Positions 16,202 through 23,924 of a stretch of 25,964 nucleotides of DNA are shown piece by piece. The DNA comes from Candidatus Methylomirabilia bacterium (GTDB lineage: Bacteria; Methylomirabilota; Methylomirabilia; Rokubacteriales; CSP1-6): contig JBGPXN010000060.1 in the NCBI GenBank assembly GCA_041492755.1, positions 1 to 25,964 on the forward strand, written 5' to 3'. How positions within the stretch are numbered: the first letter of the stretch is position 1; every line of letters begins with the position of its first letter. The position numbers and the translations under genes are program-made. The notes beneath the pieces are model-generated. The model was not told the DNA's origin. It saw only the letters and a program-made list of their open reading frames with translations, and made no database searches.

Positions 16202-17833
16202 TCAGCGCTGGTACTTGGTCGGAGCCCGCCGCGCCGCGAAGAACACGGGCCGTGGCATCCGTCCCACCGGCACTTCGATCAGGACCGGCCGGTCGAGCTC
16301 GATGGCGCGGCGGACGAGATCGCCGACGTCCGTCGGCGTGGTTGCACGCATGCCGGTCACACCGAAGGCATCGGCGAGCTTCATGAAGTCGGGATTGCGC
16401 AGGTCGGCGCCGTACGTGCCCCCCCACGCTTCGTCGAGGTCGCGCGCCACGTTGCCGTACGCGTTGTCGTTGAAGACGACCTGCACCACGTTGATGCCGT
16501 GCTGCGCCGCGGTGGAGAGCTCCTGGACGTTGTACATGAAGCCGCCGTCGCCCGACACCGAGACGACAGGCCGGTCGGGACACGCCACCTTGGCGCCGAG
16601 CGCCGTCGGAAAGGCGAACCCGAGGTTGCCCGAATACGACGACGTGAAATAGGTCCGCGGCCGATACACGGGCCAGCAGGGACGGGAGTAGTACCCGACC
16701 TGGTTCATGCCGGCCACGAAGATGGCGTCCTCCGGTGTCCCCGCCCGCAGCGCACGCAGGATCGAGACCTGCGGCTCCTGGGTCAGGGTCGCCGCGATGG
16801 CGGCGCGCAATGCTTCGCGCTCCGCCTTGCCGGAAGGACGCGGCGGCGCCGCCGCGCGGAGCGCTTCGAGCAGGCGCTCGAGGGTTGCCCGCGCGTCACC
16901 CGCCAACCCCAGCGTCTTCGCGTGGTTTCGACCGATCTCCTCGGGATCGGCGTCGATCTGGACGACCTGCTGCTCGGCACCGAAACCGGCGAGCGCCACG
17001 CGGCTGCCCACGACGAGGATCACGTCGGCCGCTTGCACGTGCTCGCGCAAGGGCCCCTTGCCCATGAGCGCCGCGCCGAGCGACAGATCGTTGTGATCGG
17101 TGATCGCACCTTTGCCCTCGGCCGTCTGCACGACGCCGGCTTGCAGATACTCCGCCACGGCGCCGAGCGCCTCGTGCGCACCCGAGAGATTGACGCCACC
17201 GCCCGCGTAGATGAGGGGCCGACGCGCGGCCAGGAGCCGCTCCGCCGCGCGCGCCACGTCGCCTGCGGGCGCGGCCGCCGGTGTCGCCGGAACCGGATCG
17301 AGCAGCGTGACGTCGCCTTCCTCCTCCATCGTGTCCGGCGGCATCTCCAGCAACACCGGGCGCGGCCGTCCGGTCGTGAGCTGGCGCACCGCCTCCCGCA
17401 CCGCCGCCGGAATGTCGGGGACCTGCAGCACGCGCCGCCGCCACTTCGTCACGCACGCCATCGCCTCGAGCTGATCGTCCACCTCGTGGAGCACGCCGAT
17501 CTTCTTGCCGAGACTTCCCCGCGGTATCTGCCCGGAGAGCATCAGGACCGGTGACGACACGGAGTACGCCGTGCTGAGCCCCGCGGACGCGTTGAGCAAC
17601 CCCGGTCCGGGCACCACGAGCGCGGTGCCGAAGCGCCCGCCCGCGCGCGCATACCCGTCCGCCATGTAGCTCGTCGCCTGCTCGTGCCGCGTGGTGACGA
17701 AGCGGATGCTCGGCTCATCTCGGAGCGCCGCCATCACTCCGTAGAGCTGCACACCGGGCAGCCCGAAGACCACCCGGACACCTTCACGAGCGAGCGACCG
17801 CACCAGCGCCTCGCCACCAGTCATCCGAGCCAT
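16202..17833 (-). CDS. Thiamine pyrophosphate-binding enzyme (acetolactate synthase large subunit-like)
   Basis: [33 protein letters not shown], ThDP motif GDGGFMY...NDNAYG. GGGAGG RBS. Confidence 0.9.
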   Translation of the reverse strand: MARMTGGEALVRSLAREGVRVVFGLPGVQLYGVMAALRDEPSIRFVTTRHEQATSYMADGYARAGGRFGTALVVPGPGLLNASAGLSTAYSVSSPVLMLSGQIPRGSLGKKIGVLHEVDDQLEAMACVTKWRRRVLQVPDIPAAVREAVRQLTTGRPRPVLLEMPPDTMEEEGDVTLLDPVPATPAAAPAGDVARAAERLLAARRPLIYAGGGVNLSGAHEALGAVAEYLQAGVVQTAEGKGAITDHNDLSLGAALMGKGPLREHVQAADVILVVGSRVALAGFGAEQQVVQIDADPEEIGRNHAKTLGLAGDARATLERLLEALRAAAPPRPSGKAEREALRAAIAATLTQEPQVSILRALRAGTPEDAIFVAGMNQVGYYSRPCWPVYRPRTYFTSSYSGNLGFAFPTALGAKVACPDRPVVSVSGDGGFMYNVQELSTAAQHGINVVQVVFNDNAYGNVARDLDEAWGGTYGADLRNPDFMKLADAFGVTGMRATTPTDVGDLVRRAIELDRPVLIEVPVGRMPRPVFFAARRAPTKYQR

Positions 17834-18077
17834 CGCGGTTTCCTCCCGTCGAGACAGTCCGCGTATTATGCACCGCCCGCGACCGCTCCCCGGCCCCGAG
17901 CGACCGCGAGCCCGCGCAACCGACCCCGACGGAGAATACGCGGCCGCGACAGGCCGTAGGAGACCGAGGCAAGCCTCAGGGCTCGAGCCCAGCGAAGAGA
18001 AACGCGCCAGGGCGATGAGAAAGGGTCAGAGCCGCGGCGCGGGTTCCCGCGCGCGTCCCAGTTGGCCGGCGGGCCGC

Positions 18078-18431
18078 CTACCCCCGGCGCTCGAACATGA
18101 CGTGGCGGCGATTGCGCGTGAACGGCCGAACCTCGCCCGGCCAGCGTCCGGCATCGACGACCTTGGCCCACGCCTCGGTCGTGAGCACGTCCGGGCTTTC
18201 CAGTTCATAGACCGCCCGGAAGCGCGGCTCGCCCTCCGCGACGATGGTCTTCCGCTCGCCGCCGAGGATCATGGTCAGCGGGCGCACCTCGAGCCGCGCG
18301 GCGGACAGGACGCCGGGCACCGTGAGGATGAGCGGAATGTGCTCGGTGTCGTAGACCTCGTGGAACAACGCTTCCTTCTCGGGCGCCACGTCCATGGCCG
18401 CGCTGAACAGGTATCGACTCTGGATCGGCAT
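18078..18431 (-). CDS. Hypothetical protein, EthD/DUF4286-like dimeric alpha-beta barrel
   Basis: MDVAPEKEALFHEVYDTEHIPLILTVPGVLSAAR...RFRAVYELESP. Strong AAGGAGG RBS before ATG 18431. Confidence 0.75.
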   Translation of the reverse strand: MPIQSRYLFSAAMDVAPEKEALFHEVYDTEHIPLILTVPGVLSAARLEVRPLTMILGGERKTIVAEGEPRFRAVYELESPDVLTTEAWAKVVDAGRWPGEVRPFTRNRRHVMFERRG

Positions 18432-18477
18432 CGCGTAGCCTCCTTGGTAGGCTGTCTCCCGCCTGGGCGGTCCGCCC

Positions 18478-18506
18478 AGGGTGGCAGGCAGCAATCACCG
18501 GGTCAA
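18478..18506 (-). promoter_or_regulatory. Putative sigma70 promoter for the EthD-like gene
   Basis: Minus strand TTGACC-17 nt-CACCCT with TG at the extended -10 position. Confidence 0.3.
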
Positions 18507-18517
18507 GGGTACCGTGG

Positions 18518-19219
18518 TCATTCCCCGCGCGCGGACCGTCGATAGTAGAGGCGGTGGAGTCGGCTCGGCTCGACGCCGCAGAAGTAGAGTAAGCGGAGAA
18601 GCCACATCAGGAGGATCGTCCGGAGCACGCCTTCCTGCTCCCACTTGCGCGCTGATGTCGTCACCTTCTGGCGCAGGCAGGCGAGGTGGCCGTGGCGCTT
18701 GAGGCGGCGGGTGAGCTCGACGTCTTCCATGAGGGGGATGTCGGGGTAACCGCCGAGCGTTTCGAACACGGCGCGACGGACGAAGATCGCCTGATCGCCG
18801 GTGGCGATGCCCGATACGCGCGAGCGGCGGTTGATGAACCAGGCGACCATCCGCATCACGGGCCGCGAGGTGTCGAAGCGCACGTCGAAGCGGCCGCCGA
18901 CGACGCGCGGATCGGCCATCGCGCGCGCCACCGCGTCGAGCGCGCCGACGGGCAGGCGCGTGTCCGCGTGGAGGAAGACCAGGACGTCGCCGCGGGCGAC
19001 GCGAGCGCCGGCGTTCATCTGCCGCGCGCGTCCCCTCGAGGCGGCCAGGTAGTGAACGTGGCCGGACGCCGTGACGGCGTCCGCCGTGCCATCGCTGCTG
19101 CCACCGTCCACCACGATCACCTCCGGCCCCGGCGAACCCACGGCAAGCCCGGGCAGGAGGCGGATGAGATTCGCCGCTTCGTTGAGCGCCGGGATGACGA
19201 TGCTGATCGACGGATACAC
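18518..19219 (-). CDS. GT2 glycosyltransferase, TIGR04283-type (rSAM/selenodomain-associated; arsenosugar-biosynthesis family)
   Basis: ISIVIPALNEA, VVDGGSSDGT, GRARQMNAGA, FLHADTRLP, TGDQAIFVRR, GGYPDIPLMEDVE, TSARKW. GTG start at 19219, just after the upstream stop. Confidence 0.88.
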   Translation of the reverse strand: MYPSISIVIPALNEAANLIRLLPGLAVGSPGPEVIVVDGGSSDGTADAVTASGHVHYLAASRGRARQMNAGARVARGDVLVFLHADTRLPVGALDAVARAMADPRVVGGRFDVRFDTSRPVMRMVAWFINRRSRVSGIATGDQAIFVRRAVFETLGGYPDIPLMEDVELTRRLKRHGHLACLRQKVTTSARKWEQEGVLRTILLMWLLRLLYFCGVEPSRLHRLYYRRSARGE

Positions 19220-19224
19220 CCTGC

Positions 19225-20664
19225 TCAGCGAGCGGCATACAGCGTGATCGCGTCGTACCAGGCGACCGCGCTCTCGCCGGTGTCGTCCGTGTCGGTCATG
19301 ACCGCGATGCCGGCAACGCGTGGCGGCTCGCCGCCGAACAGCCGCCGGTAGTCGTCGAGCACGTCGCGGCGCTCGCTGAGCCAGCGCCCAACGTCGGCGG
19401 GTCCGCTCCGCACGACGACCATCTTCGCGCGATCGGTGTACGCGTTGTCGAGCGTCGTGCCGGGCGGCAGCCGGTTGTCCCACACGTAGTTGATCGCGCT
19501 CGCCGGCGGGTAGCGCCCGTAGAAGAGCCGGTACGTTCCGTACCGGACGCGGTCCCACGCGCTGGCGGTGTCGGGCTCCCAACGGAAGGCGACGTAGATT
19601 CGCGCGGGATAGTCGTCGCCTTCCTTGCGTCGCGCGTCGGCCTTCACGAGCACGTTGCCCACCTTCCAGCGCCACGCCAGCACGGGATAGGCGCGCAGAT
19701 CGACGTCCAGCGGGCGATAGAGTCCGGAAGCGGCCGCTTCGCTGTCCGCCCTCAGCACGTACCCGTCGCCGTCGGGCACCACGCGGTATCGCGTCTTTCG
19801 CGGAATCCTCCGGAACGTCAGCTCTTCCCATCCGGCCGGCACCGCGTCGGGCGCGGCCGGCGCCTCGAACTTGCCGATCTCCAGCACGAGGGGATCCGCC
19901 GCGGCCGCTCCGCCCAGTGCGCCGAGCACGAGCAGGCCGGCCGCCGTCGCCCGAACCCCGGCTCGCGCGGCGAGGGCGCGCCGCGCGAGCCGGGTGACGA
20001 GGGCGGTGACGGCGACGGTGGCGGCGAGGCCGACGGCGAAGATCAGCCATTCCACGGGGGCGCGCGCCCGGCCACCGCCGGCCAGCTCGCCGGCGAAAGC
20101 ACCGAGGTACACGTACGCAAGCGTCCCCGGCATCATGCCGATCCAGGAGGCGAGCACGTAGTGGCGGAGCGGTACTCGCGTCAGCCCGAACGCATAGTTG
20201 AGGAGGTTGAACGGAAACGCGGGCGACATCCGCATCAAGCCGACGATCTTCCATCCGTCGCGCGCCAACGCGGCGTCGAGCGCCTCGAAGGTGGGCCGCC
20301 CCGCGAGATGCCGCGTGACCCAGCGCCGCGCCAGATAACGGCCGACCACGAACGCCGCCGTCGCGCCGAGCGTCGAGCCGGCCGAGACCAGCGCGAAGCC
20401 GTGCGCGACCCCGAAGAGCGCGCCCGCACCGATCGTGAGAATCCAGCTCGGCAGGAACAGGAGCGCGGCGACGACGTAGAGCAGGACGAAGAGCACGCGC
20501 CCCCATGCGCCCAGGGACGCGACCGTCAGCAGCGCCTGTCTGAGGATCGAGGCCGCATCGAGCGCGCCGGCCGCCACCAAAACGACGAGGACGGCGAGGG
20601 CGACCACGACCAGCGCCACCGTCGCCACCGCCCGAACGCTCAGGCGAAGCGGTGCCGACGCCAT
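19225..20664 (-). CDS. TVP38/TMEM64 (DedA/VTT) membrane domain fused to DUF3047 domain
   Basis: N-half LFLPSWILTIGAGALFG, GSTLGATAAFVVGRY, LMRMSPAFPFNLLNYAFGLT, GMMPGT. C-half LAWRWKV, KEGDDYPARIYV, INYVW, WLSERRDVLDDYRRLFG, AVMTDTDDTG. Exact start uncertain. Confidence 0.85.
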   Translation of the reverse strand: MASAPLRLSVRAVATVALVVVALAVLVVLVAAGALDAASILRQALLTVASLGAWGRVLFVLLYVVAALLFLPSWILTIGAGALFGVAHGFALVSAGSTLGATAAFVVGRYLARRWVTRHLAGRPTFEALDAALARDGWKIVGLMRMSPAFPFNLLNYAFGLTRVPLRHYVLASWIGMMPGTLAYVYLGAFAGELAGGGRARAPVEWLIFAVGLAATVAVTALVTRLARRALAARAGVRATAAGLLVLGALGGAAAADPLVLEIGKFEAPAAPDAVPAGWEELTFRRIPRKTRYRVVPDGDGYVLRADSEAAASGLYRPLDVDLRAYPVLAWRWKVGNVLVKADARRKEGDDYPARIYVAFRWEPDTASAWDRVRYGTYRLFYGRYPPASAINYVWDNRLPPGTTLDNAYTDRAKMVVVRSGPADVGRWLSERRDVLDDYRRLFGGEPPRVAGIAVMTDTDDTGESAVAWYDAITLYAAR

Positions 20665-21437
20665 GCGTAGCCGGGTTCCAGGATGGTCCCGGGCTCGCTG
20701 ATCGTGGCCAGGCCCGTGAGTGCGTCGAGCAGGATGGTGCGCTGCTGGGCGACGGCACCCGGCTCGCCCAGGGGATGGCCGAATGGATAACGGAGATAGA
20801 GCGCGCGCGGCGGCTTCACCCGGCGTGTCACCTCGCGCTGGAGCGTGATGCCGATCGTCGGGATGCCGCGACTCTCCACCGCCCGCTGGATCAGGCCCAC
20901 GGCCTGGTTGCAAAGCCCTCAAGCGGGTGTGAGCACGACGGCGTCCACGCCGTCGGCCACGAGCCGCTCCGCCACCTCCGGCGCGGTCCGGTCCACGAGG
21001 GTCCGTACGTGCCGGCCGTCGATGTGGCCCATGAAGCCGTAGACGCGCGGGCCGATTCCGCCCACGCGGCCCTCGTCGCGCAGCTCGCGCAGGCGGTCGA
21101 TGGGCAGAACCACGTTGAGGTCGCGATCCGCGGCGGTGTGATCGTAGTAGCGATGCGTGATCGTCAGCTCATTGCGCGGAACGCCGACGGGAATCACCCG
21201 GTACGACGGGTCGCCATCCGCGTCCTCCATGTCGAAGGGCGGGTCGGCGCGCCGGTGCACGCCGGCGGTCGTCACGAGGGCGATCGTCGCTTCCGGCAGT
21301 GGCCGGCGCAGGGGAGCCCACGGAATGGTCGTGGCCTCTTCGAAGCGATGGGTGCGGGCCCACGCCTCGGCCAGCCACGGCACGTGCTTGAAAAGCTGGA
21401 CGGCCATCCGGTTGGCGGCGTCACGCAGCGCGGGCAC
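20640..21437 (-). CDS. Selenoprotein of the glycine/betaine/sarcosine/D-proline reductase selenoprotein B (GrdB/PrdB-like) family, 265 aa, Sec at codon 173
   Basis: ORFs 20919..21437 and 20640..20900 are in the same frame, joined through a single TGA: ...DAVVLTPA-U-GLCNQAVGLIQRAVESRGIPT...PPRALYLRYPFGHPLGEP. N-half has IALVTTAGVH, GDPSYRVIP, DRDLNVVLPIDRLREL, YGFMG. SECIS-like hairpin downstream. Confidence 0.9.
20892..20906 (-). promoter_or_regulatory. Putative bacterial SECIS element
   Basis: mRNA UGA-GGGCUUUGCAAC-CAGGCC-GUG-GGCCUG: a 6-bp stem whose G-starting apical loop lies 18 nt after the UGA. Confidence 0.7.
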
Positions 21438-21458
21438 GCCTGAGTCCGTGCGGGCGGC

Positions 21459-22274
21459 TCAGAACCGGCCGCGCGCACGCTCCTTCGCCGGCAGGTTCTC
21501 GAGGCACGTCGTCCACCAGCCCGTACGAATCGTCTCCGCGAACTCCACCGGCAGGCCCTCGCGCTCCATCTCGCGGGCAAGCGCCTCGTGGTCATAGCGG
21601 ACCGGCACGAACTGCACCTCGACGTCGGGCGTCGCGGTCAGAAGCGTGTACCAGACCGCGGGCGTGCCATCGTTCTCGGGCCGTCCGATGACGCCCACGT
21701 TCACGACCCGGCCGGCGCCGTCGAGGGAGCGATCCCACTTGATCCCGGTATGGGTGCAGAGCATGACGTCCGCGTGCCGCTCACGCAGGAACGTGCGGAG
21801 CAGGCCGTCGGGCGTGGCCGACTCCCACAGAAACTCGTTGATGACGCGCGGCGAGCCGTGGCACATCAGCACGCGGTGCGCGCCGAGCTGCGCCCGCCGG
21901 TGCCCCGGCAGCGTCGCCAGCCACGCCCTGTTGGCCGCGCTCGTACGGCTGAACGTGTACGCGTAGCTCACCCGCGCGAAGTAATTGTCGCGCGGGTCCG
22001 TGTAGCCGCAGCCACAGTCCGTGCGTCCCGAGGCGAGCGCCTCGTCGTAGTTGCCCTGCAGCACGAGGACGCCTTGCTCGCGCAGGAGCGGGAACACGCG
22101 ATCGGGATGCGGGCCGAACCCGCCGAGGTCGCCCAGGCAGAACACCGCGTCGACGTCGCGACCGCGGACGTCGTCCAGGGTGGCCGCCAGCGCGGGCGCG
22201 TTGTTGTACACGCCGCCGAAGACGGCGATCCGCCGGTATTCCGGCGTCGCTCCGTTCCGCGTCCGCGCGCCCAT
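21459..22274 (-). CDS. Calcineurin-like metallophosphoesterase family protein, atypical motifs
   Basis: IAVFGGVYNN, CLGDLGGFGP, QGNYD, CHGSP, CTHTG, NVGVIGRP. Start taken as ATG 22274, just downstream of the rSAM stop. Confidence 0.85.
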   Translation of the reverse strand: MGARTRNGATPEYRRIAVFGGVYNNAPALAATLDDVRGRDVDAVFCLGDLGGFGPHPDRVFPLLREQGVLVLQGNYDEALASGRTDCGCGYTDPRDNYFARVSYAYTFSRTSAANRAWLATLPGHRRAQLGAHRVLMCHGSPRVINEFLWESATPDGLLRTFLRERHADVMLCTHTGIKWDRSLDGAGRVVNVGVIGRPENDGTPAVWYTLLTATPDVEVQFVPVRYDHEALAREMEREGLPVEFAETIRTGWWTTCLENLPAKERARGRF

Positions 22275-22285
22275 GGCGCCGGTGG

Positions 22286-23179
22286 TCAGGCGTTGCGGCA
22301 CGACATACCGGTCTGGTGGCAGGTTACGCAGGTCGGGTGGTACAGCGCGGCCGGCCGAAACGCCTGGGCGAGCCCACCGTCGGAGAGACGCGCCGCGGGA
22401 AGCCCGGCGAGAATCGGGCACGCGTAGACGCCGCCATCGGCGACGATCCGGCTGTCCGCGCACTGCAGGAGGCCGCGGTCGAATCCGGCCAGGGCGGCCT
22501 CGTCGAGCTTCGCCGTCGCCCCGGCTTCCAAACGGCCCAGCGCGAACACGGGCATGACCTTCACGCGCGGCTTGGTGATCCCGAGGGATCGCAGGAAGTC
22601 GCGGAAGCGATCGTACGTCCCCGGGGCCGATGGGTGCTCACCGCTCAACAACTCGGTCGCGGTCACGATCGGCAGGAGCCCACGATCGTGGAGGAGCCGG
22701 ATGGCATGCACGGCCCGGGCCCACGCGCCCGGCCCGCGAACCCGATCGTTCAGCGCCGGGTCGACGTCGTCGAGGCTCACGCGAATCTCCAGCGAGTAGC
22801 GCGCGGCGGCGGCGAGCCGGGCCAGATCGTCGGCGATCGCGGGGGTCATGACGGTGCCGTTCGTGAGGACCGTCGTCGGTGCCACCCGCAGGCTCTCGCT
22901 GAGCAGCGGGAGGATCTCGCGGTGCAGGAACGGCTCGCCGCCGGTGAAGTAGACCTCCTTCACACCGAGCGCATCCGCCTCGCCGATGGCGCGGCGTACC
23001 GCGGCGGCCTCCATCACGGGAAGCCACGGCTCCTTCGGTCCGCTCGCGTTCAGGCAATGCGTGCACTCGAGGTTGCACCACGTGCCGGTGATCTGGATCC
23101 AGAGCGCGGTGAACCGTAGAAACGGCGCCACGGGAGCGCCGACGGTCTCCTCGACAAGGACGGGCAGCGGGCGCTTCAT
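22286..23179 (-). CDS. Radical SAM protein with Cys-rich C-terminus
   Basis: WIQITGTWCNLECTHC (CxxxCxxC), YFTGGEPFL, LTNGT, RVSLD. C-terminal CADSR, YACPIL, TCVTCHQTGMSC. Confidence 0.92.
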   Translation of the reverse strand: MKRPLPVLVEETVGAPVAPFLRFTALWIQITGTWCNLECTHCLNASGPKEPWLPVMEAAAVRRAIGEADALGVKEVYFTGGEPFLHREILPLLSESLRVAPTTVLTNGTVMTPAIADDLARLAAAARYSLEIRVSLDDVDPALNDRVRGPGAWARAVHAIRLLHDRGLLPIVTATELLSGEHPSAPGTYDRFRDFLRSLGITKPRVKVMPVFALGRLEAGATAKLDEAALAGFDRGLLQCADSRIVADGGVYACPILAGLPAARLSDGGLAQAFRPAALYHPTCVTCHQTGMSCRNA

Positions 23180-23411
23180 GAAGGGAATCGGGGCGTGCGT
23201 GTCACCGGCCTCTCAACCTCGTCGATCGTACCACCGTGGTCACGGCATTCGATGACGCGCTGCGGGCGGCGGCGGCGTCCCGCCAACCCGTTGCGGCGCC
23301 GACGACCCGGCGCCGGCACTACGCCCGGCCGACCCGAACGCGGTCGGGCAGTTTGACTGAAGCGATACGGCGTCGCGCCTGACAAGGCGCTGATTTACGA
23401 GAAGCGAGGGC

Positions 23412-23426
23412 TGGCACGGCGGATGC
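23412..23426 (+). promoter_or_regulatory. Putative sigma54 (-24/-12) promoter
   Basis: TGGCAC-GGCGG-ATGC versus consensus TGGCAC-N5-TTGC, with correct GG/GC spacing; lies upstream of ORF 23512. Confidence 0.6.
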
Positions 23427-23511
23427 CATTGCTCGTCGATAGAAAGCGGGTCGCGGGGCCCGCCGGTACGAAGGCAGCGGGGATCGGAGGAACGGTAGAG
23501 GAGAGACGGCG

Positions 23512-23718
23512 ATGATGGAGCTCGTTCTGACCGGGCTGGTCGCGGTAGGACTTCCCATGTGGCTCGCGGTCGAAGAAATGATGCAGCGCCGACAGGCAAA
23601 CCGGCGAACGGCGCCGCAGGTGCGTACCGAGGAGTCCCGGCCCGACACGCGGCGCGCGGCCGCCGTGGCGGGCGTCTCGCCGTCCCGACAGCCGGCGCGC
23701 GTCGGTTACGCGGGCTGA
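23512..23718 (+). CDS. Small hypothetical protein with N-terminal hydrophobic helix
   Basis: GAGGAG RBS, MMELVLTGLVAVGLPMWLAVEEMM...; flanked by a sigma54-like promoter and an intrinsic terminator. Confidence 0.65.
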   Translation: MMELVLTGLVAVGLPMWLAVEEMMQRRQANRRTAPQVRTEESRPDTRRAAAVAGVSPSRQPARVGYAG

Positions 23719-23743
23719 GCCCGGCCGCAGCCGAGCAACAGCT

Positions 23744-23783
23744 CGACGGCGGAGCGCGTCACCGCGCTCCGCCGTCGGCTTTT
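23744..23783 (+). terminator. Rho-independent terminator
   Basis: 15-bp stem CGACGGCGGAGCGCG-TCAC-CGCGCTCCGCCGTCG followed by GCTTTT. Confidence 0.75.
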
Positions 23784-23924
23784 CGTCCCCCGCTTCCGAA
23801 ATACCCATCACCGCGGTGGGTCGTCCCAAGCTCGACCCCCTGCGCCCGATCACGCTCCCCTTGCCTGTGCGGCCCGAATGCGGTATCAGCGTGGATCACC
23901 GGCCAGGTGAAAAGGAGAGCCGCC

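Noticed and set aside
17834..18077. TPP riboswitch upstream of the ThDP enzyme
   Set aside because: The conserved CUGAGA and ACCUGAUC...UAAU...GCG.AGGGA core is not found on the minus strand.
19220..20758. 746-aa ORF suggesting a long glycosyltransferase fusion
   Set aside because: The upstream part is an alternate frame over the DedA-DUF3047 gene; the GT2 domain starts at 19219.
21438..21461. The metallophosphoesterase UGA stop is in frame with the selenoprotein start, suggesting a second Sec read-through fusion
   Set aside because: No redox motif context (RGRF*). The nearby hairpin loop (GCACG-GACUCAGG-CGUGC) is only 12 nt from the UGA, closer than typical SECIS spacing. An in-frame arrangement has a 1-in-3 chance.
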